DNA of 18,374 nucleotides from NCBI GenBank assembly GCA_038257035.1, contig JBBSJT010000041.1, positions 1-18,374 of the forward strand, read 5' to 3'. Under the pieces are notes generated by a model, which ran no database searches, was not told the DNA's origin, and was given only the letters and a program-made list of their open reading frames with translations. This stretch comes from Chlamydiia bacterium. Lineage in GTDB: Bacteria; Chlamydiota; Chlamydiia; Chlamydiales; Parachlamydiaceae. Shown piece by piece: positions 1-7,630 of the stretch. Each line of letters starts with the position of its first letter. Position 1 is the stretch's first letter. The position numbers were made by a program, and so were the translations under genes.

Positions 1-2
1 AA

Positions 3-431
3 AATGCAGCTTATCTCTTTTCAAAGTTTCAATTACCTGATCAAGTGGATATTCTTATCAATAAAATATCTGAAGATCATATTCGAAACCGAATTCCAAA
101 GACTATTGCAATCCAACAAGAAAGTACGCTTAAAACAGAGCGTGAGACTGCAAGAAAATTAATGGTTTCTAATATGGAATCTGAAAATCCGGGTGAGGGG
201 GAGCTTATTGTAGGGATGATGGAAGGAATGATGGCAAAAATGAAACTTTTTCAGAAAATAGAAGAAATAATGAAAAAACAAAAAGTTAAATCTGATAATC
301 CGGACGATAAAGAATTCTTCATGTGGTTGATGGATAAAGTCGACAATGCCGAAAAAATGGAAGAAAACGAGATTAAGGAAATACTTGAGTTAGTAGAACA
401 AAGAGTCCTCAAAAATAATTCCAGCAGTTAA
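3..431 (+). CDS. Hypothetical protein, 3' part (5'-truncated by window edge)
   Basis: The frame of the 45..431 ORF stays open back to position 3 (NAAYLFSKFQLPDQV...), so the GTG at 45 is probably internal. Charged E/K/M-rich sequence with no recognised motif. Confidence 0.7.
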   Translation, partial: NAAYLFSKFQLPDQVDILINKISEDHIRNRIPKTIAIQQESTLKTERETARKLMVSNMESENPGEGELIVGMMEGMMAKMKLFQKIEEIMKKQKVKSDNPDDKEFFMWLMDKVDNAEKMEENEIKEILELVEQRVLKNNSSS

Positions 432-493
432 GCTTTTCATAAGGTTTGTCAATTGATATTGCGAATTAAAGGTAAGTATTCGATAGAAAATTA

Positions 494-2134
494 TCAGCTC
501 TCGTTTAGCTGTGTACTAAGAACAGAGATAAACCTTTCTGATGTGACCTCTTCATCGCAAATAACTGTGATACCCTTCCAATTATTGCATAGGTCAGACT
601 TAAAACGTAATCTAGCTATAATTTGAATAAGCGGATTTGTTTTTTTTACTATTTGAATAATAGTTTGGGTAGCTGAAAGATCAGGGATGGAAATAACAAT
701 TAATTTAGTTTGATTAATTTGTGCTTTTTCTAAAATATAGGATTGAGTAGCATCCCCAAATATTGTTTCAACTTCTTTTCCTTTCATGGAAGATATCGTA
801 TCTATATTTTGATCAATAATAAGGACATGATATCCTTTTTTCAACAAATGCTTAGAAACTTTTTTGCCTATGGGACCGAAACCAACCACAATAGCCCTGG
901 GAAGCAACAAAGAAATATCTTTCTTCTGTTCATTTGACAATCCAATGGATGATTTAAAAAATTGTTTATATTTTTTTAAAATTTGGAAAAAAATCGGATT
1001 TAAGCCAATGGTAATAAAGGCACTAGCAACCAATATATCAAAGGCATTATCGGGAAGAATGCCAAGCTGATCACCAGCTTCTGCAATGATGAAAGAGTAT
1101 TCGCCAATTTGTGCGAGCGCGAGTGAAACGGTTAAGGCTACGACTGTTGGATAATTAGCTAGCTTCACTATGGAAAATGCAATTACAGGACGAATAAGAA
1201 GAATAATGATTAAAACACCAAAAAGTAAGGAAAGATTATCCATAACAGATATGGGGTTAAAAAGCATTCCAATTGAAAGAAAAAAAATGACGGCAAAAGT
1301 ATCGCGTAAAGGTAAAGCATTCGCATAAGCTTGATGGCTCATATCTGTTTTACCGATTATGGTTCCTGCAATAAAAGCGCCCAGAGCAAGAGAAACGCCA
1401 AATAAATAAGAACTACCGATTGCGATTAAAAATGTGCTGGCTAAAATAGCTAAAGTAAATAATTCATGGGATCTCACTCTAGCAATGATTTTTAAAATCT
1501 TTTCTATTATTTTCTCGCCAAAAAAATGAATAAAAAAGCCAAGCATAGCTACTTTTAATATAACCCATACTATTTTATAAATAATGTCTAAGCTTGACGT
1601 GTCAACAGAAACTTGAGTAACAGCCAATGTAGGTAATAAAATAAGTCCGAAAACAGATACTAAATCTTCCACGATTGTCCAGCCAACTACAATATGCCCA
1701 TTTTGGGTATGAATAAGTCCTTGATCTGTTAGAACGCGTACAATTACAACGGTACTAGAAACAGAGATAGCAAGTCCTACTACAAATCCTGCAAGTAAAG
1801 TTTCCCCTAAGTATAGACTGTAGATTATCCCAGTTACTATCGAAATAGTACAAAGAACTAAGGCTCCCGGCAAAGCAAGCCTTTTAACAGACAACAAATC
1901 TTTCCAGTTAAAGCTTAAACCCACAGCAAACATGAGAAGCGTCACTCCAATATGCGCTAATTCCTCTGCGATATAGGAGTCCCCCACAAAACCCGGAGAG
2001 TTAGGTCCGATTAGAAAACCGGCTAATAAATATCCAATTATAGGAGATTGCTTAGCTTCTTGTGCTAGATACCCAAAAAAACAAGCTAATCCTAGTCCTG
2101 CCGCTAAAAGCCATATAATTCTTAATTCTTCCAT
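494..2134 (-). CDS. Cation:proton antiporter, CPA2/Kef family (YbaL/RosB-like), with C-terminal TrkA-N (KTN/RCK) domain
   Basis: Many TM segments with CPA2 motifs (IIGYLLAGFLIGP, LLMFAVGL, SSTVVI, VEDL, LAQIGEYSF). C-terminal Rossmann motif VVGFGPIG and IFGDAT. Purine-rich GAAGGATGAAG upstream of the ATG. Confidence 0.92.
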   Translation of the reverse strand: MEELRIIWLLAAGLGLACFFGYLAQEAKQSPIIGYLLAGFLIGPNSPGFVGDSYIAEELAHIGVTLLMFAVGLSFNWKDLLSVKRLALPGALVLCTISIVTGIIYSLYLGETLLAGFVVGLAISVSSTVVIVRVLTDQGLIHTQNGHIVVGWTIVEDLVSVFGLILLPTLAVTQVSVDTSSLDIIYKIVWVILKVAMLGFFIHFFGEKIIEKILKIIARVRSHELFTLAILASTFLIAIGSSYLFGVSLALGAFIAGTIIGKTDMSHQAYANALPLRDTFAVIFFLSIGMLFNPISVMDNLSLLFGVLIIILLIRPVIAFSIVKLANYPTVVALTVSLALAQIGEYSFIIAEAGDQLGILPDNAFDILVASAFITIGLNPIFFQILKKYKQFFKSSIGLSNEQKKDISLLLPRAIVVGFGPIGKKVSKHLLKKGYHVLIIDQNIDTISSMKGKEVETIFGDATQSYILEKAQINQTKLIVISIPDLSATQTIIQIVKKTNPLIQIIARLRFKSDLCNNWKGITVICDEEVTSERFISVLSTQLNES

Positions 2135-2212
2135 AAGTCTTCATCCTTCATCCTTCTTTGCTTTTGGAAATGGCTTTTTATTCCATTCTAAAGACACCCT
2201 TTATCAAAATCT

Positions 2213-2587
2213 TTATCTTAAAAAGATCAACAAAAATACACCGACAGATACCAAAGCTGTAGTAACAAATGCACAAAGAAAAGTTGATGGAAAATAAGTA
2301 TTCTCATGAATTTCTTTGGCCACTCTTTTAAATTGAAGGAAAGCAATAAAACTCATAACCATAGCAAGAGCTATTAGGAAAGAACCCAAATGAGTAGAAT
2401 AACCGTCAAAATACAAAAGGGTGGGTGTGATCAAAATAGATTCATTCGCCCCTTCCACAGACATAATCTCTTTTAAAAGAGCAAATTTTTCTATTACAAA
2501 TCCAAGAGCCATAATTCCAACACTTGTCCGTACCCAAGAAAGAAAAGTTCTTTCATTTGATAAGTAGTCACTAATATCATCAATCAT
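2213..2587 (-). CDS. DUF202 / YidH-family inner membrane protein
   Basis: N-terminal DYLSNERTFLSWVRT signature, three hydrophobic segments, AAGGAGA RBS just upstream of the ATG. Confidence 0.88.
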   Translation of the reverse strand: MIDDISDYLSNERTFLSWVRTSVGIMALGFVIEKFALLKEIMSVEGANESILITPTLLYFDGYSTHLGSFLIALAMVMSFIAFLQFKRVAKEIHENTYFPSTFLCAFVTTALVSVGVFLLIFLR

Positions 2588-2675
2588 TTGATCTCCTTTT
2601 AACTATTTGCCAATTTCATTCATTTAACATATGAATCTCACTTCTGAAACTGCTCTTTTAGGCCATTTTCGACAC

Positions 2676-2765
2676 TTATTTATTTGAGGATTGAGCTGCA
2701 ACGACAAACGAAGGCAATAAACAACCAAAATATAGAAAGAATAGAATTTCATGATCTATTCTCAT
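2676..2765 (-). CDS. Possible 29-aa hydrophobic small protein (MRIDHEILFFLYFGCLLPSFVVAAQSSNK)
   Basis: Hand-translated. ATG at 2765 preceded by AAAGGAAG, TAA at 2676-2678. Single hydrophobic stretch, same strand as the downstream DUF202 and antiporter genes. May be spurious. Confidence 0.25.
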   Translation of the reverse strand: MRIDHEILFFLYFGCLLPSFVVAAQSSNK

Positions 2766-2915
2766 TTAAAACTTCCTTTTATCGTTTTTTCACAAAAGTT
2801 GCAACCCCATATTTCAACAGGAATATCTCGAAGAATTTTTGATTCTAATCAATTCGGTTGTCATTAATTAAAATCTTATTTACGTTGGTTTTTTATCCAT
2901 TCTAAAAGAGGGTTT

Positions 2916-3920
2916 ATGGGCAGGATTCTTTTTTTTCTTTTTTTAACTTACATGAATCTTAGTGCAAACGAACCATTTTATGCTTTATCTTCTCTAAAAT
3001 TTTTCATAGAAGAAGGGCAAGATTCAGCTATTCATTTTGAAGAATCGGATATTCACAATTTATGGGAAAAGGCTTTGTTAAGTGTAGATCCTAAAATTGG
3101 AAAAGCATGGGATTTTTATCCCTACGATAAGCTTGAATGTTTAAAATTGTTGAAAGAAGTTTGGCTTGAGTCACAACTAAAAAAAACTCAATCCATTCAG
3201 TCTAAATCTGATTATTTACATTTAGATGACAATGCAACTCAAAATAAAAAATTAAATAAGAAAATTAAACCCTACCTAATTCCTAATTCACATTCGATTA
3301 AACCTATTCTGGACTCCATTTTTTGTAATCAAGCAACTCTTAATGAATCAAATTTTAATGCTGCAAAATTTATCACCCTAGGAATTTCTCATGCCAATTT
3401 TCTTCGTATTGCACTTCATCCAAACTTGCCGGGATATCTTTTTAAAATCTATCTGGATGATGAAACTCGAACAAGAAATCAAAAAAAAACATGGGAATGC
3501 TTAGTTGACCGTTGTATTGGTGCTGAAAACATTCGTAATTTAATAAAAAAGGAAAAGTTGCGCCATTTTATAGTACCGGATAAATGGATTTATCCCCTTC
3601 AAACAAATAATAAGGCAAAGAAAGGAGGCCACCCCGTAGTACTTGTTGAAACCTTCTTTGACCTTGCAAGCCCTTATGAGTGTATAGAGGCATGGAAACA
3701 AGCGACACCTGATGTGCTTGATGAGCTTTACTGTATTTTAAGCCATGGGTATGCATCAGCTTATCTTGGAGCTAATATACCTTATACCAAAAATGGAAAG
3801 TTTGCCTGCATCGACACCGAATATCCCAAAAGAAAAATTAAATATGGGCAGGCTCGTCAATTTTTCTCTGAAAACATGCAAATATATTGGGACAATCTTG
3901 TTAAAAAGGGCGGAAAATAG
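2916..3920 (+). CDS. Hypothetical exported protein with remote protein-kinase-like fold motifs
   Basis: 334-aa ORF with GAGGG RBS and signal-peptide-like N-terminus (MGRILFFLFLTYMNLSA). Motifs YLFKIY, VPDKWIYPL and NIPYTKNGKFACIDTE. The CDS is secure; the fold call is inference. Confidence 0.75.
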   Translation: MGRILFFLFLTYMNLSANEPFYALSSLKFFIEEGQDSAIHFEESDIHNLWEKALLSVDPKIGKAWDFYPYDKLECLKLLKEVWLESQLKKTQSIQSKSDYLHLDDNATQNKKLNKKIKPYLIPNSHSIKPILDSIFCNQATLNESNFNAAKFITLGISHANFLRIALHPNLPGYLFKIYLDDETRTRNQKKTWECLVDRCIGAENIRNLIKKEKLRHFIVPDKWIYPLQTNNKAKKGGHPVVLVETFFDLASPYECIEAWKQATPDVLDELYCILSHGYASAYLGANIPYTKNGKFACIDTEYPKRKIKYGQARQFFSENMQIYWDNLVKKGGK

Positions 3921-4061
3921 TTGTTACAACTTCTCATTTATTAAATATTTTGCATGATTAAAAATTCTCCTTACAAGATCTTACTAGCCTTAAGTATATG
4001 TTAGTGCTCTTCAATCTGAAATTTTTTATGCATTAGTCATTTATATGGTTTAAGGATGATA

Positions 4062-4160
4062 TTTTTAACGCAAAGGCGCAAAGGCGCAAAGTTACAATAC
4101 CCTTTCAGAGTTCAAAGACTTATTTTTACTCTTTGCGCCTTTGCGTCTTTGCGTTAAAAA
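4062..4160. repeat. Palindromic REP/MITE-like element A: 30-bp arms of 3x CGCAAAG, 39-bp spacer
   Basis: Left arm 4062-4091 TTTTTAACGCAAAGGCGCAAAGGCGCAAAG. Right arm 4131-4160 is its reverse complement with 1 mismatch. Lies between convergent genes. Confidence 0.9.
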
Positions 4161-4239
4161 AAGGTGAAAAAAACGGTTATAATTTAACTAAATTTAAAAA
4201 TCATAACTAGTAGAATTCATAAATTTCATATCTTCATTT

Positions 4240-4860
4240 TTAGTTTGTAGAGATGAGTTTTTGGTAGTCTAGTGAGCCCAACTTGATGATTTCCAGAGCA
4301 TCTTCACGCCCATAAATATGCGTGATCTCAACCGTTCTATTTTGCATACCAGGAACATCTTTGTAGGTCAGAAAATAATGTCTTAATCGCTCTATAAATG
4401 CATGTGGGCAGTCTTCGATGCTGCTCATTTCACCATAAACTAAATCATCTGCTAAAACCGCAATGATCTTATCATCCACTTCATTGCCATCAAGCAGTCG
4501 AAATCCACCGATCGGTATTGCTTTTAGAATAATGTCTCCGTGGGCAATCACTTTTTCTGTCAGAACACAAATATCTAGAGGATCCCCATCGCCAATAAGC
4601 CCTTTTTTCCCTGTTTTTTCCATGCAAAATTTAGCTACTTCTTCACCTGCATAAGTTCTTGGAAGAAAACCATAAAGTGATGGGCAAAGACTTGAATACT
4701 TATGGGGCCTGTCGACCTTTAAAATTCCTGTTTCTTTGTCCATTTCATATTTGACAGTATCTGTCGGAACGATTTCTATATAGCAATTGACAATAGCGGG
4801 GGCTTCATTTCCCAAAGTTAAGCCATGCCAAGGATGGGAGCGATACATCTCGTGTTTCAT
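4240..4860 (-). CDS. ppa: Family I soluble inorganic pyrophosphatase
   Basis: HPWHG, KYE, DR, YGFLPRT, DGDPLD and DDKIIAV motifs; AGAGG RBS. Confidence 0.95.
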   Translation of the reverse strand: MKHEMYRSHPWHGLTLGNEAPAIVNCYIEIVPTDTVKYEMDKETGILKVDRPHKYSSLCPSLYGFLPRTYAGEEVAKFCMEKTGKKGLIGDGDPLDICVLTEKVIAHGDIILKAIPIGGFRLLDGNEVDDKIIAVLADDLVYGEMSSIEDCPHAFIERLRHYFLTYKDVPGMQNRTVEITHIYGREDALEIIKLGSLDYQKLISTN

Positions 4861-4910
4861 GTTTGGACCTCTTTCTTTTAAAATTTTAATTTTCTTAAAG
4901 CAGCAGAGGT

Positions 4911-5726
4911 CTATTGCCTCATTTGACGCAAATTTTTAGGGGCTTTTTCAAAATTTGAGCGAAAAGGATTAATGTCCAATCCACCTCTTCTTGTATATCT
5001 TGCAAACACAGTGAGTTTTGAGGGATTGCATCGATTTAAAATGTCGTTAAAAATTTGCTCTACACAATGCTCATGAAAGCCTTGATGATTTCTATAGGAA
5101 ATAATGTATTTCAATAACCCTATCTCATTTATTTTTGGACCCTTATAGCGAATTAAAATCGATCCCCAATCGGGCTGACCTGTTGCAAGGCAATTGGATT
5201 TTAGTAAATTGCTATAAAAAGTTTCTTCCACATACTCTTCAGAATCATTTTTTAATAAATTCGGTTCCACCTGATAACAATTCGTTTCAATATCGAGATT
5301 GTCAAGACAAGTGCCATCAAATTCTGTCAGCACATTTTCTAAAAAATGGTTCGGTGAATAAAGATTTACAGAAACCGGAGAACCTATTATTTTAGTTAAA
5401 TCATTTTGAATAAGCGTTTTAACAGATTCCATGCAATCAAAAGGCGTTTGATTAAAAGAATTAAAATAAAGTTTTAACGATTTTGACTCCACAATATTTG
5501 CAGATTCAGCATCGTACTCAATTACAATTAAAGCAATTAAAGGCTTTCCTTTTAAATCCAACCAAGAAAGCTCATACCCATTCCAAAGATCAATTCCATG
5601 GAAAGGCAGATTTTTAGTTAATCCAATTTTATCTCTTCCAAGGCTTCTTGAAATAGGAAATAAAAGGTCTGAGGAATATTTTTCTACATAAAGTGTAGGT
5701 TGTCCAAGGGGGGAATTCGTTAACAT
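4911..5726 (-). CDS. queF: NADPH-dependent 7-cyano-7-deazaguanine (preQ0) reductase, bimodular type
   Basis: ESKSLKLYFNSF QueF motif, LKSNCLATGQPDWG (catalytic Cys/Asp), FHEHCVE, RYTRRGGLDINPFR. Start moved to ATG 5726 (MLTNSPLG), 1 nt after the upstream stop codon. Confidence 0.95.
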   Translation of the reverse strand: MLTNSPLGQPTLYVEKYSSDLLFPISRSLGRDKIGLTKNLPFHGIDLWNGYELSWLDLKGKPLIALIVIEYDAESANIVESKSLKLYFNSFNQTPFDCMESVKTLIQNDLTKIIGSPVSVNLYSPNHFLENVLTEFDGTCLDNLDIETNCYQVEPNLLKNDSEEYVEETFYSNLLKSNCLATGQPDWGSILIRYKGPKINEIGLLKYIISYRNHQGFHEHCVEQIFNDILNRCNPSKLTVFARYTRRGGLDINPFRSNFEKAPKNLRQMRQ

Positions 5727-5727
5727 T

Positions 5728-7557
5728 CTAAGCCTTATTTTCAATGGATCGCGATAATAGATGATCATTTGTATGATCACAAGTAGGCTCCATATGGAAC
5801 TCTAAAGGACATGTAGAGCTTTTAATTTGTTCGCCGAATGTGACAGATGCAGGCACATGAATTTTTTCCATCACCTTAGTAAAAAACCTGGAATGTTTAT
5901 TTTTTTGTCCTTTATCAATAATGACAGGAATCATAGGTGCGTCAGTTTCTTCCAAAACCTCACAAAATGAATAAGACTCTTTTAGCTTTTCCACTTCTTC
6001 TTTAATATTTGGATTTTCAACAAAAATACAGACGGAAATGCCTTTTTTCAAAGTATTTTTGATAACCGTTAAACAAATTTGACTATTTTCAAGGGGTTCA
6101 ATGGAAGGAACGCGCACAATTCTTAGCAAGTGATAAAGCCTTTTCAACCACTTGGTATGGGTCTGTTCATTCTGAATAAAAAAGCGCATTCTGCGTCTTT
6201 GAGCTCCTAGCATTAGCAATGTGTCATTCCAGGCAGTGTGGTAACAAACATAAATGGCAGGGGTTTCCGGAATATTTTTTTGTCCAGAAAAAGTGCATCT
6301 AAAATGTAACCTCGAAAGGATCATGCAAATAAACCGACAGATATAATCAAAAAATTGGTAACTAATCACGATTGTCACAAATAAAGTAATTGTTCCGATC
6401 ACTTCAAAACCCCTATGAGCTTTTAAATGAAAAACTTCAGAAAGCAAAAAAAGTAACCCAGAAGCCATTAAAACGCCTACAAAACTTAAAAAGTTTGTAG
6501 CTGCAACAATTTGCCCCCTAAATTTATTGGGACTTTTTAATTGGATATAGGAATCAAGGGGGATTTCGAACATTCCTCCAAAAAAACCAAGCAAGGTCAC
6601 AAGAGGAACTACTGCAAAAAGATGAGTTGATGTTACATTTAGGGAGTAGCTACAAATCACAACACCAACCCCTGCTATTGGAACAAGCCCAAGCTCAACT
6701 GTTTTACCTGAAATTTTCCCGGCAGTCATGCAACCGGCTCCAATCCCTAAAGCTGTTAATAAAAAGAGGTATCCTCCTTGAACGTCAGTTAAACCAAGGG
6801 ATTCAACTGCAAAGGGAATCATATTCAACTGAAAAAAAGCTCCAAGAAAAAGAAAAAAAGCAGAACCGATGATGGCTGCAAGTAGTGAGGGTTCTTCACT
6901 TGCAACTTTTAAAGAAAAAAAGATATCTGATAAAAATTTTGGATTGAGCTGTTTATCTGAGCCTGAAGGCGGTGTATATTCGATACAAAAACTTGTGATG
7001 AGCCCGATAACAGAAATAACAGTACAAAAAATAGAGGCAATGATAAAATCTCTTCCTGTAACATCCAGAATAAATGAAGCAAGAAACGTACCTAAAATGA
7101 TGGCAAGAAAAGTAAAGGATGTCATCAGTCCGTTTGCACCTGAAATTTTTTCAGCAGAGACTAATTCAGGCAATATTCCATATTTGGACGGACCAAAAAA
7201 AGCGCTTTGGGCGGCAAGCAAAAATAGCACGATGTAAGCCCCGATGCTACTTTCAAAGCTGAAGGCAATAATACCACCCACCATAATGACTAACTCAAAA
7301 ACCTTTGTCCAGTAAATGATATTTCGTTTACTATAGCGATCGGCAAGAGTTCCGGATGGCGCTGAAAATAAAAGAAATGGCAAAACAAAAATAGCCCCTG
7401 TCGTTGCCAAAATCATATGGCTATTTTCAATTCCTTGAATGGTGATTAAAAAAAAGACGATCAAAAGCTTATAGATATTATCATTCAAAGCACCAAGAAA
7501 TTGTGTAATATTTAAATATGTAAAAGAGGACCATTTACGAATAATATTAGTTAGCAT
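5728..7557 (-). CDS. LplT/YgeD-type MFS transporter fused to a C-terminal PlsC-like acyltransferase domain
   Basis: TQFLGALNDNIYK, GTLADRYSK and FFGPSKYGILPE motifs with about 12 TMs. C-terminal YHTAWND (HxxxxD). Start chosen at ATG 7557 after GGAGA; the ORF track starts at 7587. Confidence 0.85.
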   Translation of the reverse strand: MLTNIIRKWSSFTYLNITQFLGALNDNIYKLLIVFFLITIQGIENSHMILATTGAIFVLPFLLFSAPSGTLADRYSKRNIIYWTKVFELVIMVGGIIAFSFESSIGAYIVLFLLAAQSAFFGPSKYGILPELVSAEKISGANGLMTSFTFLAIILGTFLASFILDVTGRDFIIASIFCTVISVIGLITSFCIEYTPPSGSDKQLNPKFLSDIFFSLKVASEEPSLLAAIIGSAFFLFLGAFFQLNMIPFAVESLGLTDVQGGYLFLLTALGIGAGCMTAGKISGKTVELGLVPIAGVGVVICSYSLNVTSTHLFAVVPLVTLLGFFGGMFEIPLDSYIQLKSPNKFRGQIVAATNFLSFVGVLMASGLLFLLSEVFHLKAHRGFEVIGTITLFVTIVISYQFFDYICRFICMILSRLHFRCTFSGQKNIPETPAIYVCYHTAWNDTLLMLGAQRRRMRFFIQNEQTHTKWLKRLYHLLRIVRVPSIEPLENSQICLTVIKNTLKKGISVCIFVENPNIKEEVEKLKESYSFCEVLEETDAPMIPVIIDKGQKNKHSRFFTKVMEKIHVPASVTFGEQIKSSTCPLEFHMEPTCDHTNDHLLSRSIENKA

Positions 7558-7630
7558 GTAACTTTTGTCTCCAAAATATATATACATATAGTATGATTCT
7601 TAAAACTTTTCAACACAACCTTTTTTTTGT

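Noticed and set aside
2139..2156. Tandem GAAGGAT repeat upstream of the antiporter (minus strand)
   Set aside because: Only about 2.5 copies of a 7-mer, adequately explained as a duplicated RBS-like sequence.
4062..4160. Elements A and B as bidirectional intrinsic terminators
   Set aside because: The stems are followed by A-runs, not U-runs, on both strands, and the loops are 39-48 nt.
5727..5780. N-terminal extension of queF in the ORF track (likewise recB 11029 and the symporter 18131)
   Set aside because: Downstream ATGs fit translational coupling or an RBS better; the queF and recB extensions overlap upstream genes.
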